Counted from the first letter of the whole stretch, positions 12,361 through 24,832 are shown. The stretch: DNA of 63,885 nucleotides, filler included, from Octopus bimaculoides (GCF_001194135.2; 8 parts of 8 records of this genome joined end to end with filler, not necessarily neighbours in it), one strand, 5' to 3'. Notes: generated from the sequence alone by a model not told the origin. Program-made: numbers and translations.

Positions 12361-14635
12361 CATAAACAGAATTTCGAAACCTCTTCCAAAGATGTGTGCA
12401 ATCCATGGCCAATTGGAAATCCATTTGATAAAATAAACAGCAAACACATCACCATAATAATCATCATCGTTATCGTCATCATCAACAACAACAACAACAA
12501 CAGCAGCAGCAGCAACAACAATAACCTTCACAATAACTGATTGTCTTCTGGAATTGTTTTCAATAAAAGCAATTTTGTCATAACAGCAACCATTTCTATT
12601 ATGGGTAAATATGTTAGAACAACAGTAAAAGCGGTGCTCCAGTATAACGTTGGTTCTGATGGCTAAAACAAGTCAAAGAACTACAGAATATGTTAGCAAG
12701 GTAATTTTTGATAATGTTAAATGGTTAAATGGTTAATTTGATACGCGATACGCCACACTATCTTGTTTTTTTTCTTCTTTTTTGTTCTTTTTTTTTTGTT
12801 TGGTAGCGGGCGAAAAAGAAAGCAAAAGGATAATAAAGCAGAATTCAAACAAAATATTATAAAGATTATAAAAGGAGAAAAAAAAATAGATATAAAATCT
12901 CATAGCTGTAACGGCGGCCATTAAAGCAGAGAAAATACCAGGCTGCCATTTGCAGATGGAAGGTAAATCAGTAAGGAATGGTGGAAAAAAATAGTTAAAT
13001 GCCACAGGAAGACCTGAAAATTGGCAGGAATAAACGTAGCGTTTTAACGAAGGTCGTAACTTATTCACATTTATTTAAACTTATTAATTACTTAATTAGA
13101 TGATTAAACAATCTATTAATTAGAAAATGTATTCAAACTTATAATCTCAGGATAAAAAAAATAAACAAACAGAACAGAACAAAACAAAACAAAACAAAAC
13201 AAAAGAAAAACAAAACGAAACAAAAACAAACAAGCAATAAATAAAAGGCAGCCAGTGACAGCACTAACAGGAAAATAAATAAATAAATAAATATGTGAAT
13301 GAATAAAAAATATATATAATTACATAACATCAATTAGACAAATTAGAACCCAAACGTGTTGCATTTAAGAAAAATAACTACGGTTCAACACGCACGCACT
13401 TTCACACACATACACTAATGCATACACACACACACACGGTCCACCCCCCCCATATATTCACACATTCTCTCTCTCTCTCTCTCTCTCTGTATTTATAGAT
13501 TTTCTGTCTTTCTTTATCTCTCTCTCGCCCTCTCTTTACCAGACACACATACGACACGTATTCTCTCTCTTTCTTTCTCTGTGTTTCTTTAATCTATCTC
13601 TGTGTGTGTGTGTCTCTCTCGTTCTTTCTCTCTTTCTCTTTCATTCGCTTCCCTAACCATCATTATAAAAACATAAAAATTTAGAAGAAAAAAAAACACC
13701 CGGAAAATTCAAGAACAAGCAGCAATTGAACGCAATAAAAAATTATCAATAAAGTAAATAAAAAATGATAATGAAAAACACAAAAAAAAACAATATAATT
13801 CTGCAAAAAAAAAGAATTTTTTTTTAATCGATTAAAGTAAGAAAAACAAAACACAACATATACAAAAAACAAAACGAAAGCAAAAAGACGCAAACAATAT
13901 CAATAATAACAATAACAATTATTGATGGAAAATATTTAAAAAAATAACAACAATAGCAACAACCATATCAACAACCACACCAACAACAATAACAAGAATA
14001 AACACAACAATAAATGCTAAAGATATTGCATAGTAATTAGTTGGCACACATTTAAACAGACATTGAGCTAGAACGAGGCTGAGTGAAATTAGCATTCAAA
14101 GATATTCCACGCCATTTGTTCAGACAAGCAATCACATTACATCCTACGAAATTAGCATATAAACATTCAATATTTCAGTTAATGGTCATTGACAATGATG
14201 TGGTCAGCACTAAAAAGTACAGCAATAACACATGAAGTCTCCAGTGAGATTTTGATGACTTTGAAATTGACGATGGGCGTAGCGGTTTCGATTTCAGGTG
14301 ATTGGGAAACGTTCGTTATTATTATTGAAATGTGGGTGAATGTTGGAAGAATGGCTAGTGTGAAAGGACCAATTTTCAGCGTGTTCCTATAAAAAAGAAC
14401 ATTAAAGGAGAAGGGCTCTTGCCCTGTAGATCAAGCACCAGTGGTTTTTCCGGGTTTTTCTACGAGGACCTTAAAGCGCCTCCCCTATTGGGAGTTAAAA
14501 TTGTTTAAATTTTAAATGTTATTTATATTGTTTAGACGCGGAAAACCCTTTGTATCGTCCCGTTTTTGTCTTCTATGTTGTTGCATGTCTTTTAATGTTA
14601 TATTATGTGAGCCCTTGTGGCTAATAAAATAATAA

Positions 14636-14697
<62 letters not shown>

Positions 14698-16148
14698 CAT
14701 CATTATTACTATCATTATTATTAATTGAACGTTCCAATTTATATAAAGCTTTCCTTTCATAAGTCCTTAGTTACTCTGGTGGCTGATAAAAAAGAAAGCT
14801 GCAATTTATATCATATAGGATGACTGAACGCCAGAGAAAGATGCCCTGTGTGTCACATCTGATGCACAAGACAAGCAAAGGGTTAAAACACCTCTTGAGA
14901 CGTGTGACATTCTAACACATACCACACGTCTTTTAGAAGTTCGAGCCATTATTTTGATCTGGTTAGATATTTCGGTTTCTTCTGGTAAAATATCATATCG
15001 CATACTTTTGCTTTTACTAAACATTGATTTTTCACTAACGTAATCCAGCAAACTAGTTAGCCTCTTAGGATCCTGAGAGATTACACAAGATTTTCATAAT
15101 TACTATTTTATAGTGTGATAAATTTATGAACGCATGGGGAGAATAATCTTGGCTGGCAATAAAAGAACAATTTAACGCAATATGGTCCTGCATTAACTTG
15201 GCTCAAATAGAAGAAACGACACTCTTAATGCAGAAATACTCGTTCCAGTAAGTCGATGTGAGATGGCGTCCTTCTCTTTGGTAATAAAAATTGGTTTCAA
15301 AATAGGTTCTCAGTCGTAGATGATGTCAATTCTAATTATTCGTACAACACACAACCTACATCAACATCAACTATAAAAAAAAAGGAAAACGTAAACCAAA
15401 ATAAAAGGAAAAGAAAACATTCAAAGAAGGTAAAAGGAAGACAATGGGGGAAAAAATCAAAAAAGTATTAGAGAATGGAATTTTCTTTAGGAGAGACAAA
15501 ACGCATAAGAAATCCAACATGGTTGAGGGCGGAAAGCGCCAAAAAAAAAAAAGAGAAAAAAACCCTCGTCCAAAATACTAAGGCTTTTTATTAAAGGAAG
15601 GATTACTGTCTCGGTACCAGGTTAACACCGCAGCATCATAATATTAGTTCTTTTACTTCTTGACTTAGACATCAAAAACAACATCAACAACAATTCTTGA
15701 CTCCCAAATCAAGAATTGCAAAAATTTGTATTCATGATCTTAAGCGAGTTTTTTTTACATCTTCGTTAGGTCTTTCTTGTGAATTTTATTTTTTTTTATC
15801 ATTATTGTCTTGTTAATTAGTACCTTAAAAGATAGAGATACCTATATCACACACACTCACACACGCACACAAGCACACTCAAACACACACTCACACATAC
15901 ACACATATATACATGCATATTTATATATATGATATATCTATCTATATATATATATATATACATATATATACACATATATATATATATATATATTTACACA
16001 AACATATAAATATATATATTTAATTATATATACAGAGTTTTAAANNNNNNNNNNNNNNNNNNNNNNNNNNNNNNNNNNNNNNNNNNNNTTAATTAATTAA
16101 NNNNNNNNNNNNNNNNNNNNNNNNNNNNNNNNNNNNNNNNNNNNATAT

Positions 16149-16265
16149 ATATACAGGGTATCCACAAAGTCTGGGTACATGGGGATTAACACATACTTTA
16201 AGAAATTATTGTTTCTTATATTTAATTGTTTATGTTATGATTTTTATTTACTCCGTGTACCCAGA
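16149..16265. mobile_element. Tc1/mariner-type terminus or MITE remnant
   Basis: TA-CAGGGTATCCACAAAGTCTGGGTACA start, with a complementary TGTACCCAGA at about 16256-16265. Confidence 0.5.
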
Positions 16266-16426
16266 TAGAATTAGTACTAGGCTTACAAAGAAAAAAATCC
16301 TGGCGTCGATTTCTACGACTAAAACTCTCAAAGGCGTTGCTCCAGCATGGCCGTAGTCAAATAACTGAAACAGGTAAACGAATAAATACATATGATGAAA
16401 GTAAGCAAAGTTTGCTTTCAGAGACA

Positions 16427-16637
16427 CAGAAATAATTGATTCTCAAACGCATGATAAGGCTAATACGATAGCATGGACAAGATTGTTACCGGCCAGCCAC
16501 GAGATACGTAATCATGGGCATGTGAGTTCGAGTCTCATGGCTGGCCGGTAACACATTTTTCTGCAATATATGGATAGTTTATCCTGTCCATGCTATTGTA
16601 TTGGCATCATCATGCGCTTGTGAATAGATTATTTCTG
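16427..16637. mobile_element. 211-bp fold-back MITE with nested inverted repeats
   Basis: 57-bp outer IRs (16427-16483 / 16581-16637), 22-bp inner IRs (16484-16505 / 16532-16553), TA at the right flank. Confidence 0.75.
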
Positions 16638-16638
16638 T

Positions 16639-16676
<38 letters not shown>

Positions 16677-17049
16677 GGACCAGCCCTAGACAAACCTATG
16701 CGAATAATGGAGGAAAAAAAAAAAAAAAAAGCTATTTTAGAATAGTCAAACAGGCTGAAGTATCAAAAGCAACCTTCCAGGTTTCAAATCACCCTAACGC
16801 AAATTATTACACTTGTTACTATTTATTGATTTTATATTTATTTTTATTCCTATACAGGTTCAAGAAGGGGATTACCTCGGTGAACTTATTTAAGGTTTTG
16901 GGTCCAAAAGATCTGAGTATTGCAAGGGATTCTCTAATACACATATACACACACACACACACATACACATACATATATATATACAGGGTGCGGCAGATGT
17001 AACGCCCATTTGTATATACTAAATAAAAAAAGGGTACTACTTCTGCCGA

Positions 17050-17191
17050 ATCCTGTATATTCGACGGGATTTTTTCAGTTTCCGTCTACCAAATCCATTC
17101 ACAAGGCTTTGGTCGGTACGAGCTGCCACGCAGTAGGACTGAACCCGGAGCCATGTGCTTGGGGAGCAAGTTCCTTACCACACAGCCACGC
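17050..17191 (-). mobile_element. SINE family B 5' half
   Basis: Matches consensus. Confidence 0.85.
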
Positions 17192-17514
17192 TTAAATTTA
17201 ACCCCGAAAGTATTCGAAGACCATTTTTTTTGTTTTTTTTTTTCCGTGAGATGAGAAAGTTTCGTTGTTAATGGGAGGAGATTGTTGTCTCACAAATCTG
17301 TGGCTGCCAATTTTGGTAAATGTGAGAATTTTTAACGACGTGTCAACGCTCTTTCTAATTTTCGGGTCACCTCCAGATTCTTTCTCATCGCTCAAGCTTT
17401 TTAATAATAGGACAAGTTATTCTTGGAATACCTCCAACTCATAAACTAAACCATCCACGGAGGTCTTTTTTTATTATCTTATCTAATTTTTTTTTGTTTT
17501 TAAATGATAACTTC

Positions 17515-17560
<46 letters not shown>

Positions 17561-17757
17561 GTTCAGTAGTTTTATTTTTATAACGTGCTTTCACTTCACT
17601 ACCGAGCGCAGGTCTGTGAGCCTTGGGTATGTGCTGTGGTTTGCTGTGATGCTCTTATGGTTACTGTATTGAAAGTGTTTTGCGTAGGATGTGTGCAGTG
17701 CCCAGTAGTGCAATTTTCTGTATGTTATATATACTTGTAAGTCCTGGTGTTTTTGTT
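17561..17757 (-). mobile_element. R4/Dong-clade (RLE) non-LTR retrotransposon, extreme 3' end inserted in (TAA)n
   Basis: Minus frame TKTPGLTSIYNIQKIALLGTAHILRKTLSIQ* (stop at 17661-17663), about 100-bp 3' UTR, (TTA)n on both sides. Confidence 0.85.
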
Positions 17758-17865
17758 ATGTTATTATTATTATTATTATTATTATTAACCAAGTCTCATG
17801 AAGATACATCAAGGGAATTAATACCGGCCCCTTATTTATAATTATTATTGGCTTGATTATTATCA

Positions 17866-18081
17866 AAGGCGGTGAGCTGGCAGAACCGTTAGCACGCCGG
17901 GCGAAATGCTTAGCGATACTTCGTCTGTCTTTACGTTCTGTGTTCAAATTCCGCTGAGCTCGACTTTTGCCTTTCATCCTTTCGGAGGTCGATAAATTAA
18001 ATACCAGTTGCGTACTGGGGTCGTTGTAATCGACAGGCGCCCCTACCCCAAAATTTCGGGCCTTGTGCCTCCAGTAGAAAG
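17866..18081 (+). mobile_element. SINE family A, near full length
   Basis: Complete head, central domain and tail. Confidence 0.92.
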
Positions 18082-18279
18082 TATTATTATTATTATTGTG
18101 GCTGCCGGCATTTCTTGATGCTCCTCACATTCAAAATGCCGCCGAAGACATTAATTTGCAGTGGATTAATAAAATTAACAGCTGAACACTGAGGTTGATG
18201 AAATCGATTTTGCCCCTTCCCTCAAAATTGTTGGCAGAAATTATTATTCTTAACACGAGAAAGAATTATAGTAATCGTA

Positions 18280-18430
18280 TCTACCATAGGCACGAGGCCT
18301 GAAGTTCTGGTTGAGAGGGGGTGCGGGTATAGTTGATTACATTGAGCCCTCAGCAGTTAACTGGTATTTATTTTATCGACCCTGAAAGGAGGAAAGATAA
18401 AATCGACCTCAGCGGAATTTGAACGTGAAG
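18280..18430 (-). mobile_element. SINE family A 3' part
   Basis: Matches consensus on the minus strand. Confidence 0.8.
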
Positions 18431-18491
18431 ATATGGGCGACGGAAAGAATCATATTAATGACAAAGATACGATATTTAAGATGAAAAATAA

Positions 18492-18517
18492 TGATAATGA
18501 TGTTGGTGATGATGATG

Positions 18518-18549
<32 letters not shown>

Positions 18550-18727
18550 GACGATGACGATGATGATGATGACGATGACGATGACGATGGTGATGATGAT
18601 GGTGATGATGATGACGATGATGATGACGATGATGATGATGATGACGATGATGGTGATGATGATGACGATGATGATGATGATGATGATGATGGTGATGATG
18701 GTGATGATGATGATGATAGTAGTAGTA
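18492..18727. repeat. (GAT/GAC/GGT)n trinucleotide repeat
   Basis: Seen directly. Confidence 0.97.
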
Positions 18728-18837
18728 GCGCTGACCATGATCGGAACGATGACGTCATAAATTATGAAATGGTTCTTAAAATTGGACAAATGGAGATATA
18801 TCATGTCCGGCAGACATATAATGACTTTATTATTCAA

Positions 18838-18868
<31 letters not shown>

Positions 18869-20123
18869 CATATATACGTATATATGTGTATATGCATAGA
18901 TATATACGTATATATATATATATATATATAGTATGTATGTGTGTATATATCAATGAATATATCAACATGGCTAATCTAATATATGATTTATCAAACACTC
19001 CTGACTCCCCCTTCTTCTCCCNNNNNNNNNNNNNNNNNNNNNNNNNNNNNNNNNNNNNNNNNNNNNNNNNNNNNNNNNNNNNNNNNNNNNNNNNNNNNNN
19101 NNNNNNNNNNNNNNNNNNNNNNNNNNNNNNNNNNNNNNNNNNNNNNNNNNNNNNNNNNNNNNNNNNNNNNNNNNNNNNNNNNNNNNNNNNNNNNNNNNNN
19201 NNNNNNNNNNNNNNNNNNNNNNNNNNNNNNNNNNNNNNNNNNNNNNNNNNNNNNNNNNNNNNNNNNNNNNNNNNNNNNNNNNNNNNNNNNNNNNNNNNNN
19301 NNNNNNNNNNNNNNNNNNNNNNNNNNNNNNNNNNNNNNNNNNNNNNNNNNNNNNNNNNNNNNNNNNNNNNNNNNNNNNNNNNNNNNNNNNNNNNNNNNNN
19401 NNNNNNNNNNNNNNNNNNNNNNNNNNNNNNNNNNNNNNNNNNNNNNNNNNNNNNNNNNNNNNNNNNNNNNNNNNNNTTACCACCTAATCAGCCTATATAT
19501 GATCTCATCGTCTCTCATCAGACGGATATTGTTTCTAATCGATACGGAAAGGCAGTGACGTATTACACACACACACACACACACGCGTGCGCGGACACTC
19601 ACACGCAGAAGTTTACACGCATACATTCTTTTACTTGTTTCAGTCATGCTGCGGCCATGCTGGAGCACACATACATACTTACATGCATGCACACGGACGT
19701 ACATGCATTCATACATATATACACATATACATACATAAATGCTCATACGTATATATACACACACAAATAAAAATACATACGTGCATACGTACGTATGTAT
19801 CAACATACATACGAACGCACACAGTACAACCATACACATACATACATACATAAGTACGTACATACACACACACATATAAACACACAAGCATAAACATAGA
19901 TCCATACATACCTACATACATACACGCATCCTTCAACGTTTACGTGTATACATATGCACATACATACATCTATATAACCAGATATAAATGTTTTGTACAA
20001 ATACAAATTTAATTTTCCGTAGATAAATATATATAGACATACATATGTATATACACACGCATATTTATGGAGATGCATGAAGAAATACGTATATTAAAAC
20101 ATATACATCATGTGTACATATCA

Positions 20124-20167
<44 letters not shown>

Positions 20168-20189
20168 TGTGTTTTTTTTTATTCTTTTA

Positions 20190-20460
20190 TGCAATTGTTT
20201 CAGTCATTTGACTGCGGCCATGCTGGAGCACCGCCTTTAGTCGAGCAAATCGACCCCAGGACTTATTCTTTGCAAGTTCTAGTACTTATTCTGACGGGCT
20301 CTTTTGCTGAACCGCTAAGTTACGGGGACGTAAACACAACAGCATCGGTTGTCAAGCGATGGTGGGGAGACAAACACAGACACACAAACACACACACATT
20401 CACACTCACACACATATATGCGACGGGCTTCTTTCAGTTTCCATCTACCAAATCCACTGA
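20190..20460 (-). mobile_element. SINE family B, 3' two thirds
   Basis: Matches consensus. Confidence 0.9.
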
Positions 20461-20812
20461 CAAGTACCAGTTACGTACTGGGGGTTGGTATAATCGACTT
20501 AATCCGTTTGTCTGTCCTTGTTTGTCCCCTCTGTGTGTAGCCCCTTGTGGGCACTAAAGAAATAAGAAACGTTAGCACGCCAAGCCAAGTGCTCAGCGGT
20601 ACTTCGTCTGCCGTTACGTTCTGAGTTCAAATTCCACCGAGGTCGACTTTTCATTCTTTTGGCATCGATAAATCAAATACCAGTTACGTACTGGGGACGA
20701 TCTAATCGACTGACCCCGCCTCCCCCAAATATCGAGCCCTGTGCCTAGAGTAGAAAAGACTATTCTTAAAGGCGGTGAGTTGGCAGAAACGTTAGTACGC
20801 CGGGCGAAGTCC
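20461..20812 (+). mobile_element. Multimeric SINE family A (long-tail dimer plus a further head)
   Basis: Tail CCCCTTGTGGGCACTAAAGAAATAAG followed by a repeated GTTAGCACG head. Confidence 0.85.
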
Positions 20813-21492
20813 ATTTCTATGTTTCGCCCCCGGTGGGCAATAAANNNNNNNNNNNNNNNNNNNNNNNNNNNNNNNNNNNNNNNNNNNNNNNNNNNNNNNN
20901 NNNNNNNNNNNNNNNNNNNNNNNNNNNNNNNNNNNNNNNNNNNNNNNNNNNNNNNNNNNNNNNNNNNNNNNNNNNNNNNNNNNNNNNNNNNNNNNNNNNN
21001 NNNNNNNNNNNNNNNNNNNNNNNNNNNNNNNNNNNNNNNNNNNNNNNNNNNNNNNNNNNNNNNNNNNNNNNNNNNNNNNNNNNNNNNNNNNNNNNNNNNN
21101 NNNNNNNNNNNNNNNNNNNNNNNNNNNNNNNNNNNNNNNNNNNNNNNNNNNNNNNNNNNNNNNNNNNNNNNNNNNNNNNNNNNNNNNNNNNNNNNNNNNN
21201 NNNNNNNNNNNNNNNNNNNNNNNNNNNNNNNNNNNNNNNNNNNNNNNNNNNNNNNNNNNNNNNNNNNNNNNNNNNNNNNNNNNNNNNNNNNNNNNNNNNN
21301 NNNNNNNNNNNNNNNNNNNNNNNNNNNNNNNNNNNNNNNNNNNNNNNNNNNNNNNNNNNNNNNNNNNNNNNNNNNNNNNNNNNNNNNNNNNNNNNNNNNN
21401 NNNNNNNNNNNNNNNNNNNNNNNNNNNNNNNNNNNNNNNNNNNNNNNNNNNNNNNNNNNNNNNNNNNNGCTTATATTTATATATAATATATA

Positions 21493-21539
<47 letters not shown>

Positions 21540-22223
21540 ACACGACGGGCTTCTTTCAGTATCCGTCCACCAAATCGACTGACAAGGCTTTGATCGGCCC
21601 GATGCTATAGTAGGAGACACTTGTTCAATTTGCTATGCAGTGGGACTGAACACAGAACCAATGTGGTTTGATTCGCTTTCGTATCACATCTTTCTGCCTA
21701 AACGTTTCAAGCATTGGTGAGTGGGTAATCGTGGAATCTCGGTTTCGATTCCCCTGTATTTACGTTTTACTAAAATTACTTTTACAAAGCTTGAGCACTA
21801 CTTCATACATTGTGAGGGTAACTAAATAAATAGAAACTGTAATGAAGCCCTTTCGATAGATTGTATCTGGAGTCCAAATAAGCCATACTTGAAGAAAATC
21901 ACTGAAAACGAAAGACCGAGAAGACTGAATTGTATAAATGACTGTAGATTGAAAGCTCCCACCCCAGGGATTTTAGCTTCTTTATCTGTTTTCTTGTCAT
22001 TAAGACAAGGTACCAGTCATTTGATGCGCCCATGGTGGAGCACTGCCTTAAAGGGTGTTAGTCGAAGAAATCTACTCCTGGACTTACTCTTTGTATGCCT
22101 AGTACTTATTTTATCGGTCGTTTTTGCTGAACCCCTGGATTACGGGGACGTAAATACACTAACATCGGTCGACAAGCGGTCGTGGGAGACAAACAGAAAC
22201 ACATCCATATGTATATATGTATG

Positions 22224-22255
<32 letters not shown>

Positions 22256-22512
22256 CATATATATGTATATATATATATACACACACACACACNNNNNNNN
22301 NNNNNNNNNNNNNNNNNNNNNNNNNNNNNNNNNNNNNNNNNNNNNNNNNNNNNNNNNNNNNNNNNNNNNNNNNNNNNNNNNNNNNNNNNNNNTGTGTAAA
22401 CTGGGAATGCATACAACGAGTTTCTCTGCCCTAGGTGTACGGGAAACACTCGGCGAGAGATGGAAGAAAATTTGAAGAAAGAAGAAAAAAAACAACATAA
22501 TAATAATAATAA

Positions 22513-22718
22513 TCTTTTCTACTATAGGCACAAGGCCTGAAATTTTGGGAGTGGAGCCAGTCGATTAGATCGACGCCAGTACGCAACTGGTTCTTAATTT
22601 ATCGACCCCGAAAGGATGAAAGGCAAAGTCAACCTCGGCGGAATTTGAACTCAGAACGTAAAGACAGGCGAAATACCGCTAAGCATTTCGTCCGGTGTGC
22701 TAACGTTTCTGCCATCTC

Positions 22719-22720
<2 letters not shown>
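22513..22720 (-). mobile_element. SINE family A, near full length
   Basis: Matches consensus; (AAT)n flanks. Confidence 0.92.
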
Positions 22721-22757
<37 letters not shown>

Positions 22758-22966
22758 TAACAACAAATAATAATAATAATAATGATAAATTATAAGCTGA
22801 AATTGGAGTATAGTCAAAAACAGCAATTACAACAACAACAACAATGATGGCAAAAACTGGCATTTTGTGTAATGAAAGCAGATTGGAGACTGCGTCCAGA
22901 CTGTTTGACGTCTGAGGAGACACAGTGGTTCTTTCTTTCTTTCTTTTCTTCTTTCTTTGTTGACAG

Positions 22967-22972
22967 TTCCAG
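22967..22972 (+). other. Candidate 6-nt microexon TTCCAG
   Basis: About 30-nt pyrimidine tract + TGTTGACAG acceptor, then CAG|GTGAGT donor. Confidence 0.35.
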
Positions 22973-23127
22973 GTGAGTGGTTAGGGTGACACCCCTATGT
23001 AAAGACATGGAGAAATAACGAGCTATATGCGTAGGGGTGTGTATATCTCATTATACATGATAGAATGACACACACACACACACACATGCATATACATATA
23101 TATATATATATATATATNNNNNNNNNN

Positions 23128-23162
<35 letters not shown>

Positions 23163-23229
23163 GCCAATAATAGACTTACATCAATGGCTATTTAGATAGA
23201 GAGGCAGGTTAATTGGCTCATACATACAT

Positions 23230-23284
<55 letters not shown>

Positions 23285-23540
23285 NNNNNNNNNNNNNNNN
23301 NNNNNNNNNNNNNNNNNNNNNNNNNNNNNNNNNNNNNNNNNNNNNNNNNNNNNNNNNNNNNNNNNNNNNNNNNNNNNNNNNNNNNNNNNNNNNNNNNNNN
23401 NNNNNNNNNNNNNNNNNNNNNNNNNNNNNNNNNNNNNNNNNNNNNNNNNNNNNNNNNNNNNNNNNNNNNNNNNNNNNNNNNNNNNNNNNNNNNNNNNNNN
23501 NNNNNNNNNNNNNNNNNNNNNNNNNNNNNNNNNNNNNNNN

Positions 23541-23605
<65 letters not shown>

Positions 23606-23780
23606 TAGGCATATTTATATATACATACACACACACACATATATATATTTATATACATATAAATGTGTCTATGTATGTACGTATACTTCTATGTATATGT
23701 GCGTGTGTGTTTATATGTAGGTATATGTATACACATGAATGTGCACATTCATGTGTGTATGTCTGTATATACATGTATAC

Positions 23781-24046
23781 CATCATCATCATTTAACGTC
23801 CGTCTTCCATGCTGGCATGGGTTGGACAGTTTGACAGGAGCATGCACCAGACTTCTGTGTCTGTTTTGGCAGGTTTCTTTTTTTTTATGGCTGGATGCTC
23901 TGACCCAGCAGAGTGGATCGAGTGCTTTGTTTGTGGGGTGGGAGCACAGGCAAGGTCAGTACGGGCAGGGTTGCTCTTCCAAACGCCATCCACTTCACAG
24001 TCTGGACTGGGTGCTTTTTATGTGACATCAGCAGCAGCGAGGTCAC
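23781..24046 (-). mobile_element. RTE-type LINE/SINE 3' terminus with (GAT)n tail
   Basis: Reverse complement ends CCAACCCATGCCAGCATGGAAGACGGACGTTAAATGATGATGATG. Confidence 0.8.
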
Positions 24047-24056
24047 CAAGTACGTT

Positions 24057-24141
24057 GCAGGACAAAGTCCGTTGCAGGACAAAGTCCGTTGTAGGACAAA
24101 GTCCGTTGCAGGACAAAGTCCGTTGCAGGACAAAGTCCGTT
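24057..24141. repeat. Minisatellite, 5 x 17 bp GCAGGACAAAGTCCGTT
   Basis: Seen directly; one substitution among the five units. Confidence 0.97.
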
Positions 24142-24540
24142 TGAGAGGAGATGGTGCTTTGGGAGGATGTGATGAAAGATTAGAGAGAGAGAGAGAGAGA
24201 GAAGTCTTACTGTAAAGAGGAGGTACATGATTACCCAGCCAGACAGAGAGAGAGAAAATGAGGAGGACTGAAACAGGTATGCTGCTGTAAAGGACATACA
24301 TACATGTGTGGCACCGGTGCCAGTGGAGCACTAACAGCACTGTCCGAGCGTGATCATTGCGAGAGCAGCTGTCTGGCTTCCGTGCCACTGGCATGTAAAT
24401 AGCACCATTTGAGCGTGATCGAGCCAGTCAAGCAGCACTGGCAATGATCACGCTTGAATGGTGTTTTTAATGGGCTACTGGCATTGTTAGAATTACAATG
24501 CTGCATGGCATTGAGACATGGGCCTTGGCTGTAGAGAACA

Positions 24541-24830
24541 GCCAGTCAGGCAGTACTATCATCGGCCATGACAACGATTTCACATGCCTCAACAGGTCTT
24601 TGCAAGCACAGTTTATTGCTCAATGATTGAAGGGTACTCTTAAATGGGCAGGTTATGCTGCACTGGCATCGGCCATGGTTATGGTCTCACTTGGTTTTCC
24701 AGGCCTTCTCAAGCACAGCATATCTCCAAAGGTCTCTGTCACTTGTTATTGCTTCGGTGAGGCCCAATGTTCGAAGGCTGTGCTTCGCCAGCTCATCCCA
24801 GGTCTTCCTGGGTCTACCTCTTCCACAAGG
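24541..24830 (-). mobile_element. RTE-clade LINE, ORF C-terminus plus 3' UTR
   Basis: Minus frame CGRGRPRKTWDELAKHSLRTLGLTEAITSDRDLWRYAVLEK. Confidence 0.88.
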
Positions 24831-24832
24831 TT

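Noticed and set aside
14189-14392. Both-strand open frames and a minus-strand TTTTTTATAG acceptor
   Set aside because: No recognisable protein and no convincing donor
14806-15072. Minus-strand 81-aa ORF with a possible CTCTCAG acceptor
   Set aside because: No ATG start, no recognisable domain, and the opposite strand is similarly open; insufficient support
18433-19770. 445-aa poly-Asp ORF
   Set aside because: Made of a (GAT)n microsatellite, (TA)n and an N gap; open in several frames
24057-24141. CRISPR-like palindromic repeats
   Set aside because: No spacers, 17-bp contiguous units, eukaryotic context
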